64,000 nucleotides of DNA from Octopus vulgaris (taxonomy: Eukaryota). A model generated the notes under the pieces. That model did not search any database. It worked only from the letters and a program-made list of their open reading frames with translations, and was not told the DNA's origin. Position numbers and translations under genes: made by a program. The number at the start of each line of letters is the position of its first letter. Positions within the stretch are counted from its first letter, which is position 1. Location: positions 49,042,001 to 49,106,000 of the forward strand of contig OX597824.1 of NCBI GenBank assembly GCA_951406725.2, written 5' to 3'. Positions 41,296-55,058 of the stretch are shown here, in pieces.

Positions 41296-44200
41296 CTATA
41301 AAATAAATAATAAATAAATGCTATGTTTTCAAATGATTCAATGACATTTTGTTATTTAAATAAGACATGGATATTGGAGTGAAATTCACAAAGTTATCCA
41401 GCATGGCTTCAGCCTCTGGCTGAAACCAATAACACATGAGGCTCGATGAATCTATCTATTCCAAAATAATCACAATAAACAGAATGTTAGATTTATATTT
41501 TACACAAATAAGTTTAGTAAAACAAACAGGCTAAACAGAACTCAATACATGAATATATTTTATTATTTTAATCTCAAGGGTTAGGAATTTCTTACATGGC
41601 ATCCACAGAACTTTCACCCTTGAGTCACTTGGTTAACTTTTACTGATTAAAATAATAAAATATCTTATACAAATATGAATCTAAAAAATAAAATTTTCAA
41701 TATTAAGCCAGGGAAATTACACAAACTGACTATAATTAAGTGTTTAATACAAAGGGCAACTCTTAAATGCTTTCAATCATACATGTTGAACTGGGTTAAG
41801 TGTATTAAAATCAACCACGAAAATTTACCAAACAATGAAAGAAATGTTGCTAAGTATTTCAATTTCAACAACATACAGAAGAAAAAGTTATTAAGCAAAC
41901 AATTTGAAACTGAAAGTTTCTATAAATGTGTAGCATTCATGACAAAAGTAGTAATTCAACTTATAAAGTATCAGGCTTTCAAGTATTGATTAATGCATTC
42001 AAATCACACATGGAAAAATAACCTTTTAAAACTGGCTCCAGTAATTAATAATAAAACATAATTATGGATGAATTAGTGTTCACCCAACCTTAAAATAGAT
42101 TTTCAAATTTAGAGACCACACCTATGTTCAACAAATTTACAGTTAATTGTTTCTTACTTATACTATCTATATTCTGTACATCAAAAGCAATGAAAACTGA
42201 ATCTGGAGAACTAGCTTTGAACAAGGTTTTGTAAGAAAATTACAGTACAATAGTTTCATTTCATTACTTATGTTTTGTTTACATATTAACCAATAGCAAG
42301 CCTTGGCTTATTAAGGCTGTTTTGTGAATGTGTAGAAACAACGAAAGGGTAATTTAGTGAGGAAAAAGCAAAATTAGATTAAATGAAATTCAAAACACAA
42401 GATTGTGGATAAAGTATATAGTCTTCTCATTTCTGCATATAGAAACCAACAAATCATCATCATCATCATCATCATCATTTAGCGTCCGTTTTCCATGCTA
42501 GCATGGGTTGGACGGTTCTGCTGGGGTCTGTGAAGCCAGAAGGCTTCATCAGGCCCAGTCAAATCTGGCAGTGTTTCTAAACACATCTGCAATTTCCATT
42601 GATCGATTTCCATTCTGATCCTCACTTGCCTCAATGGGTCTTCAACAAATATGAAGTGTTAATAAATTTTCACTTTTCTATCAGTTATATTCATCACACA
42701 ACACATGATGTACCTCAACATTTCATTTGTTTATTGTTTGAAGCTATAAAATTTGACTAGTTCTTTACCAAAAACTTAATTCCAGTTTTATTCACAGAAA
42801 CATTTACACATTAATAAAATAAACAACAAATACTTTATTTCATTAGTTTGACAAAGAAAAGATTACCAGTTAATTAATATGACCATCCCATCCTTTAGAC
42901 AAGTATAGTTTTTTCTTAACTACTAAAATATCACATATGAAAAAGATACATGTACATAACCATTATTAAACCAACAACTCATGCTTCTGTGGAAGAAAAC
43001 CTCAAATATTAAAATGTTCACATTAAAATTAAAACCTTCCCTCATAATTTTGCTAAAAGTTAAATTCTAAGCATCAGTTACATAATGAAAAAGTTTATTG
43101 AATTTCTCCAAATTCTGATTTATATTATTGACTGAAACATAAGCAGTGTACTTTAGTAGAAATGCAGTCACAAAGAGATTCATAATCAGTAACAAATTTC
43201 CACTATCACAGCTATTTATATTTACTAATAATATACTTGTGTGTATATCTATTTCTCCTCACTCTGAGTGAGTGAGTGAATGTGTGTATATATAAACATT
43301 TATTGGCTGCTTTTCTTCTCACACTCTAACTTTCTTTGATAAATATATTTCTCATGCCTTCTCTTCTATCAATTTTTGACATGGTTAGCAAACTTATATT
43401 TCTAAAATCTTAATAAAATCAATTAATATAGTGTTTCCTTCTCCCTCTGTCTGTCCCTTGAAAGGAGATGGCGTTCGATTTATCTCCCTTGGTTACTATA
43501 CACTAATTAGAGCATTACCTGTCACAAGATATTGAGACCATGCTAGGTTCAGTATGTAATAACAGAAAGTTACATAATGCTACATCTGTAATTGATAGGT
43601 AAACTATTAATGTTATCCAAATGGTCACTTTTCTCAGCTGAGAGGTCCTTGTCTTGCAAGATACTTGGTGACTCTCCAGGTGATGGTGCCATGTGCTGGC
43701 ACCACGTAAAATGTGCATGTAAAATGCATTCGTGCAGGTACCACAGAAGTACCTAATGCACTCTGTTAAGTGTTGGCTGTAGGAAGGGCATCCAGCTGCA
43801 AACAGACAATTTATATTCATTCGGTATCACTTTCATTGACCATGAAATTTGAAAAAAAAAAATTCTAAATACTATACTTATATAACACCCCACCCTACTG
43901 GAATTTTATATGAGCCAACAAAGAAGTAACTATGTGGTAGAAATAAGCACCATCTCAAAACCATACCCTATTTGTGTGTCCATATGTGTGGCCCAACAAG
44001 GTTGACGTCTATTTGACAACACAGACTGCTAGAAATAAAAACCAGATTACACTTTGTCTTGTGTATGTAAAACCAACAAAAAGATTACATATTATCCCAA
44101 ATTGGTAGAAATAGTAACCAACTCTACCTTTCAAATCAAACCCTATTATCTTCTCTGTTATATATATATGCATGAGCCAATTTGGAAGAGTACTACATTG

Positions 44201-44791
44201 CAGCTAAGCCAGATGAAAGCAAATAACAGCCAAATATCTCTGAAGTTACACCCTACTATCCTAACCCATCTTGTTTAGCTTTTTGTCATATATAGCATAT
44301 AATCACCTTTGTTTTAAAATCCATTTTCCATGCTTGCATAGATCAAACAAAAGCATATTGGAACAGTGGTGTCCTTTCTACCACCAATCCCCACTTGTTT
44401 CCAATTAGGTAAAAATATCCCAATCTGAGACAAATACAAGCTGCCTGAACATGTTTTCATGCCAGACTGCAAGCAGATACATAACTAGCAAAGACATTGT
44501 TTACAAACCAGCAAGCAAAACATGTAGCTAAACAAATGTGTAGAGGGAAATACAAATCACTCACAAAAACACACACACAATGGGCTTCTTTCAACTTCCA
44601 TTTACCAAATCCACTCACAAAACTTCAATGGGTCCAAGGTTAAAATAGAAAACACTAACCCAAGGTGCTACAAACTGAGACTGAATCAAAATCAAAATTA
44701 GAAAGTGAACTTCTTAACCATGCCTGCACCTATACACACACATATATATAAAAGAGCAGCCAATTCTCCCTCAAACCACACTCTATTGGGC

Positions 44792-44828
<37 letters not shown>

Positions 44829-47016
44829 AAGCATTTGAAGAGGCCAGGATAACACATGCAATACTTGAGATTTAAAAAAGAGTGTTACAATTGAGAAGCT
44901 GAATCACAATGACCTTTTTGTGCATACAGTTTGTGACAGACCATGCTTTTCTTTTGCTAGGCTCAAATCTCATCTGCAAACCCATGGAAAACGAATCTCC
45001 ACCAACTATTCTGCCTATATGTCTGGTACAGGAGGTGGTCAGACTCTGCATAACATGAAGACAACCACCACCATATACATATATTGTTGAACCGTTAATC
45101 CCCACACGTTTTTCTCTCTCAATCCTTCCTGTTGAAGAGCATAAGCTCAAAACATCAAAGACTTTTCCATTCTGCCTGAAACTAATACACCTGCTAGTTG
45201 TTCCTTCACCTGTCCATCTTCTGTTTTGAACTATACACACACACACATATGAACCAAAGAAGTATACTCCTGTGTGACAGCGAACCTTAAATCAGGATTA
45301 AGAAGTTTGTTTCGCTAGCAGATGATTTTAGATCCAGTGCAACTGCACAGCATGTTTGGCAAGTGTCTGATGCTCCAAGCCAGCTAATGTCTTGCATGAG
45401 TGAATCTGATAAACAGAAACTGTACAAAGCTTGTCATGTGTGTTTGTGCCTGAGTGGGATGTCTACATTCTGCACAGATAGTTACCATTTCCTACTAACA
45501 AATCAACTGCTAGCTCTGGGCTTTCACAGATATGTGGAATTTAAAAAGAAAAAAAATTAACTTGAAAACTAAAACAGTGCTGCTATATGTATTCACCAAA
45601 GCTCTGCCAGCCTGGCAAAATAGATGAGACATAAACAAATTTATAAATGTATGCATATGTGTGTGCACAAGCACATGTGCCTCAAAGAATGCCTATTCCA
45701 CAAACAAAATACATCATAGAGGCAGATTTTCTAAGGCCCTTCCTTCTGCAATACCTCACCTATTTCCAAGTAAGGTAATAATTCCCTACTCTACTGAACA
45801 ACAAACAGTCTGGACAAAGCTATGAGTCAATCTGTTTACAAAGATCACGGAACATGTGAAGACATGTCAAGAAACCCAGATGTGCTTTCAGTTAACTGCA
45901 AGCATGCAACACCACCTGTATTGATAACAAGACTATTGTTTATTTACTGTGTGTGTGTGTGTGTGTGTGCGTGCGTGTGTGTATATGTTTGTCCTCCACC
46001 ACCATGACAACTGGTGTTGGCTTGTATACATCCCTGAAACATAGCAGTTCAAAAGAGATCAATAGAATAAGTACTAGGCTTAAGACAAGAAGTACTGGGA
46101 TTGATCTGTTTGACTAAGACCCTTCAAAGCAGTATCCAAGCATGACCAAAGTCTTATGAGTGAGACGAGTGTATGAAATGAAAAATGTCAGCAAACATAT
46201 AAAGACAAGGGGAAACACCAACTCACACAAAAGCATACATAGTTGTATGGTTCAGAAATTTGTCCCTCAACCATGTAGTTTTGGGTTCAATCCCACTGTG
46301 TGACACCTTAGGCAAGTGTCTTCCAAGTCAAGCAAGGCCTTGTGAGTGGATCTGGTAGCTGGAAACTGAAAGAAGCCAGTTGTGTATGCATATGTTTATA
46401 ACCATCACATGATGGTTATAAATAAACATCATCACCATACAAAGAGTGTCCATTCCCAATTTTCTGTGAAAATATGTCTAGTCATATGGAAATATTACCT
46501 TACTTGGTAACAGGTGAGGGTTGGCAACAGGAAGAGCACCCAGTGATAGAAAAACTGCTTCAACAAATTTCATCCCACCCATGCAAGCATGGAGAAGTGG
46601 ACATTAGAAAGATTTCATAAACAGACACAACTGGCCTCAGTTTGTGTCAGCTCATTATATACATGTGTGAGTTACACACACACACACCTACATCATTTGT
46701 TGTCTTGTATATCAGGGTTTCCATTTCTAAATTTGTCCCTTTTTAAGGGTGCGTATGCGTAATATGATTGCAGCTGGAAGGCCTTTCATCATGGCTACCC
46801 ATGGTGCTAAAAGAACCAAAAAATTTTTCAGTCAACCAGGAACTCTCTCCACAATTTTCAACACTCTACCAATCATTAGTTCCCACTATCCCCATGCAGA
46901 AATGTACACAAAACAATCGTAACACGCAAAAGCTCATGCCACAACTATAATACTGTTTTTAAGATAGCATGTTAAAAGTTTGTGTGTGTGTATAAAATAG
47001 AATTATATTATATATA

Positions 47017-47416
47017 CTAGCATAGTACTCATCAAAAATAATGGGTGTTTATTGCAGTCTCCTTTCCAGTACTCTTAATCATTCTACTTCAGGCTTTGAT
47101 TCAATTTCCTAAGATTCATTTTGTCTTCTTTCAGTTATTCCTTTTAACTTGAGCCTTGCTTCTGGTTGTCGTTTTCCAAAACTTCTACCCAATTCACATC
47201 AAGCACTGACTTCTGGCGACACGCATCATCTTTAGTGTGCAGCTGGGAAGTCAAGCAAGAATTTCTTCGTCTGTTTGACTTGCAATCACCTGCTGTATAT
47301 TTGAAAAGTCGTCTCTTCACTTCTCTACTCTTACACCATCACTCCCTCACACTCCTTCACTTTTCTCACTCACACACATCATTATTACTTCATGTCCTCT
47401 ATGTCAATATATAGGA
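47017..47416 (-). mobile_element. Non-autonomous Helitron-like element
   Basis: Minus strand A|TCCTATATATTG... at 5' and CTAG|T at 3', inserted in a TA-rich site. Confidence 0.5.
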
Positions 47417-48673
47417 TGCGAGAATAGCCAGGTGAATAAAAAATTTGCTTTAACATCATGAAGTCCAAGGTTCAATAAAACTGAGTGGCATATTGCTCGA
47501 GTATCTTTTTACCCAAGCTTTGTGAATGAAATTTAGTAGACAGAAACTGTGTGGAAGCCCATCAGATAGATTGTACCTAAAGTTCAAAGGGCCAGCTTTG
47601 TTAAATACTATGTCAAAATGATTCAGCTTGAGAATCAGGAGACACTGATTTTGGAATACTCAGCCACTTCACATTAACTGAAGTAGTTTACTCAGTTAAT
47701 TGTCAAAAATCAATGTAGGATCCACCATCATACACACATGCAATCACATAACCATATGTGTATATATATATAGTAATATTAACAATATTAATTATAATTT
47801 ATAAATATATAATGCATAGCTATGTGCATTTCCACAAATTACATGTCTCTTAAGATCACAGTAGTCTGTAGTATCCATGAGCATTGGGTAGATCATAACT
47901 CAACCACTGGTCTAAAGGGATAAACATCTCTCTAGTAAACAGCCATTAATGTTATATTGCCTGAAGAAATGAATCCACGAAGATGATCTAACTGATGCCC
48001 ACAGATACTATGGACTACATCCCATGAATACAGATTGTGATCTGAAGAGACTTGATTTGTGGAAACAAGCATAGCAATGCATTAAATGTTTATAAATTCC
48101 ATCCAAAGATTATTATTACTCTATTTATCCTACATTATATCAGTACAGCTCGATGCAACCCCAAAAACTGGTTCACCAGTCAGCATCATTAAACTGCAGC
48201 TAGCATAATGGAATAGCTTTATTTGCATATTCAAAACGTTTCCCATAAACAAATTTAAAAGATATATACACACACACACACACACAATGATCTACTTATC
48301 TCAAAATCTTCCATCTTCATGTTTCTCATCATCTGTCTATCTCACAAACTTTTAAATCAGACATGAATTTGTCTCTGTACTTATCACATTACTTCTTTAT
48401 TGTAGACACCTATCTTTTTACACTTCTCTTACCTGTATTATCTCTTCTCTCTCCCTCCTCCTTTCATCTCTCTCTCAACTTCATTGTTCATTTCACTTTC
48501 CGTGAACTCTACCCCAACAAGTCACTTTATGTAGCTGTTCAGCTAATAAATAAATATGATCTGTAGTATTGCACATTGATTTCTATTTCTCCTGCTTGTA
48601 CCACCTAATACAAATTCTATGTATATGCATACATACACATGTATATTATAGTCATTTTAAATGTGCACTGTCA

Positions 48674-48928
<255 letters not shown>

Positions 48929-49232
48929 TTAATAGAAGTCATTTGTAGACATATTAATACAAGCTCTACACTACAATTACAATCTAGACTTCAAAATAAA
49001 TTTTTGATAGCAAGAATTGCCTACACTAAAAGATTAGTAAATTAATATGGTCTGCAAAGAAAATGTTGATACACCTACATTAAGAGAAATTAAAATCTTA
49101 TGCAATTAAGATAATATACAATAAATTTTATTATCAACTATATAGTAATTTGGAAGTGGTACCAAGTTAATGCTTAATGGTGAATAAATAATACCAATTA
49201 CAGATAGACTTGAACAAGAATAATTTTGATCA

Positions 49233-49418
<186 letters not shown>

Positions 49419-49914
49419 TTACAAATATTATTTTTTAAACCAATATATTATTAAAATTGGTCAACCATGTATATTCTCATGTATTAGAGAATGCAAAACA
49501 AAACAAAGCAAAGAAGGGAGACAAAAAGAAGAAATAAGTGTGGAAATGGGAAAAGCCACAGGAGTTTGTTACTATTGCTGCAATTTACAAGATGTTTATA
49601 TTATTTTAAACATTTCAGTTAATATCTAACTGAACTCTCATTTCAACTTTAGATACTGAGAATATATTTGAGGAAAACTGAACATTATTAAGAGAAGTAT
49701 AAAGTAATTCTTACGTGTAAATTGGTCTAAAAAGTATGGATAAAACACTTAACTTTCTGTATTCATATTTATTGTTCTATGGTAGCATAATATCTAGTTA
49801 GACGCTACTTACGCAAATGTAATTAAAGAACAATCCATTTTCATTAGATCCAAAAATGCCAAGAATACTGGCTAGTTATAAAACAGGTAGTATCAAAAAA
49901 CAAAAAAAACTTAC

Positions 49915-50017
49915 CTTTACTAGGTTTATTGTCTGTAGTGTTAGCAAATAACGGAGCAGTCAATACATGCATACTATGTTTATAGAAAAAACTAAGAAAT
50001 TCAGTTTTTTCAGTTTT
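49915..50017 (-). CDS. PPP4R3: PPP4R3 exon
   Basis: tttcag|...|gtaag; [34 protein letters not shown]; phase 0-1. Confidence 0.97.
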
Positions 50018-50576
50018 CTGAAAGAAACATAAAACAGTTACATTATTATTAAAATATCATCTATTATGTTCACTTCAAGATATTAGTTTCTGTACAATCA
50101 CACCTCAACTTTAAAATTTATTCAAATTGTAATAAAACATGAGTTACAGTGAAATAGTGACTAAATGTGTAGATTTCCAACTGACAACAAAACATGATTA
50201 AAACAACTCCAATTTTATTCTGCATGTAAATACATTCAGCATAATTCAAATATAATATGAAACACAAAAATGCAACTGATTACAAACTGCACTATGAAAA
50301 TAAACACAGCATTTGACCCCCACCATAATGCATAACAAGTAAGAAATCATTTTTTACGGTTCAGGTTTGGAAATTATATTTTCTACAGAAATCTAAAGAC
50401 AAATTTACATCTCAAAACTCCTAATGAATACAATAAATTAATGATTATTTCAAGATTATAATATAATTTTTAAAACAATATCTTAAGTTATCAAGAGAGA
50501 AATGAAACAGAACAGAATGCGTTAAGTTCAAAAATCTGAGGTTCTAAAATTAACCCTATTGTTAGCGTTCCTACTA

Positions 50577-51868
50577 CGAGGGGCGTTCAATAAGTAATGC
50601 CCCTGACCCACTTGCAGTTGTTTGATATAGCTGAAATTTTGCATGTGCAATTATTTATATCTCTATAGATTAAGTGACAAATTACAGCTCTGAACTAATT
50701 GTGGTTTCCGATTTACAGGTGTTTGAACTGAGTCAAGTGTGAAATGGAGCATGTTGAGTGTCGAGCAGTGATCCGGTTTTTGTATTTGAAAGGACGCACA
50801 CCACGGGAGACTTTTGATGAAATGAAAGTAACTTATGGTGATGATGCCCCATCATATGACCTTGTAAAACGCTGGCATCGTGAATTCAAACATGGTCGGA
50901 ACTCTGTGGAAACAGCTCCCAGATCTGGTCGCCCCCTTCTGCCATTGATGAGGCATCTGTCTGTCAAGTTGAGGCTGCCATTTTGGAAGATCGACGCATA
51001 ACTATTCGCCAAATAGCCCATGAGGTCAAGATTAGTACCGGGTCTGTGGAAACTATCATTCATGACCATTTGCATATGAAAAAGGTGTCTGCCAGATGGA
51101 TTCCAAGGTTGCTCACACCTTTCCAGAAGCAAGAACGCGTCGATTGCTCGAGGATGAATTTGGAGATGTGCCAAGAAGATGAGTCAAAATTTTTCAAAAG
51201 ACTGATTGCATAGGATAAAACCTGGGTCCATCACTATGGTCCAGAGACCAAAGCCCAGTCAATGCAGTGGAAGCACAGTGACTCACCTCCTCCAAAGAAG
51301 GCAAGGGTGCAGCCCTCCGCTGGCAAGGTCATGCTTACAGTCTTCTGGGACCAGGACGGAGTAGTGAAGACAGATTTCCTGGCAAAGGGTGCCACAATTA
51401 CAGGAGTCTATTATGCTTCACTTTTGAGGAAATTAAGAGAAGCTATCAAAATCAAGAGGCGGGGCAAGATCAGCAAAGGCATCCTCCTCCTGCAGGACAA
51501 CGCTCCGATCCACAACTCGCGTGTCACCAGATCAGAAGCACAGGCGTGCGGCTATGAACTCATCTCCCATCCCCCCTACTCTCCTGACCTTGCACCCTCT
51601 GATTTTCACCTCTTCCCAGCCATGAAGTTGTTTTTGAAAAGAAAGCGTTTCCCAGATGATGCAGCCTTGATTCCTGAAGTCACGTCGTGGTTGGAGGACC
51701 AAGCTGGGGTCTTCTACAAAAACAGTCTTCAGAGCTGCATCAAACGATGGGAGAAATACGTAACTCTGGGTGGTTCCTATGTAGAAAAAGACTAGTAACT
51801 GTTTCAAGTTTCGTTGCTCCACTGCTATGGGAAGTGGGTCAGGGGCATTACTTATTGAACGCCCCTCG
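50577..51868 (+). mobile_element. Full-length mariner transposon (DD34D), 1292 bp
   Basis: Perfect 37-bp TIRs CGAGGGGCGTTCAATAAGTAATGCCCCTGACCCACTT flanked by TA TSDs (50575, 51869). Confidence 0.97.
50744..51795 (+). pseudogene. Mariner transposase with one frameshift (about 50935) and one TAG (51211-51213)
   Basis: WIPRLL, DKTW, LLQDNAPIH and YSPDLAPSDFHLF motifs; 34 residues between the 2nd and 3rd catalytic D. Confidence 0.95.
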
Positions 51869-53927
51869 TATATTGATTGCTTCTTTAGTCCCCTAATGAT
51901 TTATTCATAGCTGTGCTACAGCTGTTCAGGTTAAAAACATGATCTCCAGCAACTGAAGAGAACTATCCATCTCTACAAATGCACCACAATTCATACAAGG
52001 CAATCATCCAAACTACAAAGGATGTCTTAGTGCACTGAACAGCTCCCCCACCTCCTTAACTGCAGCTGATCCTTTTAGTGATTTGCCAAAGTCTTCAACC
52101 ATAGTGATTTTCTACCCAGTACTCCCACAGAAAAAACAACCAGCTTTGCTGCTCTCTTTGAATCTACCCTCAAGTTGCATGTGAGTAAATCCCTCCAAAT
52201 CTACCCACTTTCACACCACCATCACACATACATATGAAGTATAAAAGTGCCTCCAGTTAATTCAAACCAAGATCACTAGCCATGAGAATGTCTCTTCCAT
52301 TGCCTTCACTGTACCCTCATTAAACTCTTGATTCTCTCTCTTAACAAGGATACATCTTAATTTTTGGAAATGCAATACAGTATCTCTAATTCCCAAGAAG
52401 TGCAACCCCTCCAACTTCTATCACATTTACTTCTCAATTAAAAAGCAACGGAGACCACCATTAACAATACTATTCAACACCACAAATCAATCAATCTCTC
52501 CTTAATGACTACCAGTACAGCTTACATAAAGCTAGATCTATTGCAAAACTACTCCCATACATCACTCACCAATGTGCTCCTGAGCTAATGAAAATTAGTG
52601 ACAAACTTTTTGACTATGTTGCATTTAAAATTGCCTAACTATGGGCTTCAGCTGCCTTTCATCTCATGGACCAGTAGTTTCCCATGAGATTGGCCTACCA
52701 TGATCTGTGCTCATGGAATAGTCTCTTTGACCCAACTATCTACTCTGGTATGTCACAGCTTTCCTGTTATACATCAATTACTTACCAAAACATCTAACAA
52801 CAAGCACTCTTTACACAACCACTCTTCATTCTTTTTAACCTACAATACCCAAAACAACTGAATGCAAAATCTGCACTGATTACATGAAAACAGGTCACAG
52901 CAACATCCTCCAATGACTTCCTGTCAATCTTGTTTTCACTCAATAATAAATTTTTTTTTAAATAATCGATACTCCAGACTCTACATTAACTACTCTGCTC
53001 AGTCATTTCTTTCTAAAATATCAGCCCTCTGGAATTTCCTCCTTGTAAATGTCTGCATCTGCAATCATCAGCTTGCAACAGTTTAAACAGAATGTTAACA
53101 GTATCAATCTTATCAACACTGGACGACTTAAGAAGAGGCAGTGCCATAGCTTCACATGCTATAGGCACCGTCTCTTCCTTCTGATCTAGCTATTAAACAT
53201 ATCTGCACATCCTTTAATATCTGAAATAGCGAACTGAGTAATATCTTAAAATGAGTTGATTCCAGCAGTGGCAACCCACCCAACCCATGCCAGCATAGCA
53301 TTATTGTTTACCTCCTTTTTAAAAATTCTTAATATTATTTCTTTGTATTTTTAGCTTTAATGCACCTTTTAATTTTGAGAGAAAAAATATCTTATTTGTT
53401 TTGAATACTGATCTTATTCTCACTCTTCTTTTTCTTTTTATAACTGCTTAACAGGAAAATATATACAGATAGGGATAGCCTTTTCATGCAGGTGCAACTA
53501 ATGTCTTCCACATAGCAACAAAGAACTGGAATATCTAAAGCACAAAATTACAAATGTTAATATTTCTTTCCTTCATTTTCCCTCCTTTTCAAGTTTATTG
53601 TCTGGAACTTCAAATCAATAAAACATTTTAAACATTTTATCCTTCATAACAGAAGTAACTTAGAAAGTTCCACTTTTTTACCTGTGGTAGAGCAGTAAAT
53701 ACTATAATTTTTAATTATCTTTTAACTCAACCCATATGTCAAATTGGTGTATATCACATTACTGCTACCTATCCTTCTCTGCAGAACACCATAATTTTCA
53801 TATTGGAAAATAAAAACTTATCAGATGATTGAAATGACTATTCAAAATAAATAGGATTCCAAAACTTTTCTTCAATCAAGGCAATGAAAAGAATGATTAA
53901 CTAAAGAAATATTTAATAGAAACATAC

Positions 53928-54004
53928 ATTGGCTGTGGCAAGCATATTCTCAGGATCAATCAATAGTCTTATGATAGCCATCAACTGCATTGCGCCACCC
54001 AATT
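53928..54004 (-). CDS. PPP4R3: PPP4R3 exon
   Basis: ttttag|...|gtatgt; (E)[25 protein letters not shown]; phase 1-0. Confidence 0.96.
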
Positions 54005-54839
54005 CTAAAAAAGAAAATTTATTTTCAATACAAAAAAGACCATTTAACAAGGTTTTTGTGTCAACAACAGTTTTTAAAATTAAGAAAAAAATTTTAAATA
54101 AAAAAACCTGTAATAACTCTTACAGAACTTCTACATTTTTAATATACTTCATTATAATTCAGAGAGATTGAGCAGTAAAATATTACTCTGAAATGCTCAC
54201 ATAACCTTTTAGCATTCAGATTATAGCTTTAAGATTCTGATGATGTGACTGATTATTTTTACAATGACATTGTGGGGTGTGAGGGGCTGGATCTGCTTAG
54301 TTTGAACATAAAACAAGTAAAATATTTGGGCTGTATATGGCCAATTTAAATGCTAAAGCTTTAATATCAAAATATTAATACAAAACATCTAAGCAAGATT
54401 CAAAATGCTTAGAAATCAAACAAAAATTCTGAAAATTACAGTTGAAAGAGTAATAATTATCAATAATAAATCTCTCAGCAAGATGTAAACAGTAGCAGCA
54501 TGACATCATGAAGTATATTTGCCACCTAAATGTGGCTGACCCATATGGGACGATGCTACTGTTGTTTATAGCCCCAGGAAGACATCTCCAGTTGGATAAC
54601 TACACACTGTCTGTGTCCAATCAGTATTTGCGAAGGGAAATCATCGTTCTCACCTCTAGCCTTATGTGATACACATGGACCGGGTTTCTGTGACAATCAC
54701 CAGCTAGGGATGAGAACCGATTCTAAATGCAAAATACTATATGCTTTTTCCAGTGACAAACCATTGCTGATCTCAAAACAGGAGAAACAAGAAATAATAA
54801 ATCACTGAATGAGATGTAAACAGTAGCAGCACAACATCA

Positions 54840-55058
54840 TGAAGTATATTTGCCACCTAAATGTGGCTGACCCATATGGGACGATACTACAGTTGTTTAT
54901 AGCCCCAGGAAGACATCTCCTCCAGCTGGCTAACAACACACTGAGTCTGATCAGTATTTGCGAAAGGAAATCATTGTTCCATCATCTTCCTGGGGTTATA
55001 AACAACAGTAACAGCGTCCCATATGGGTCAGCCACATTTAGGTGGCAAATATACTTCA
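54840..55058. mobile_element. Palindromic MITE with about 73-bp TIRs, preceded by a partial tandem duplicate (from 54481)
   Basis: tgaagtatatttgccacctaaatgtggctgacccatatgggacg... is mirrored at 54984-55058; flank plus left arm are duplicated 331 bp upstream. Confidence 0.85.

Noticed and set aside
51211-51213. Idea that A-to-I editing (UAG to UGG) rescues the mariner transposase
   Set aside because: An upstream frameshift also breaks the ORF, and the element is antisense to the host transcript.
54481-55058. Repeated palindromic units suggestive of a CRISPR array
   Set aside because: Only two direct copies plus one inverted copy, no regular unique spacers, no cas genes, and a eukaryotic intron context.
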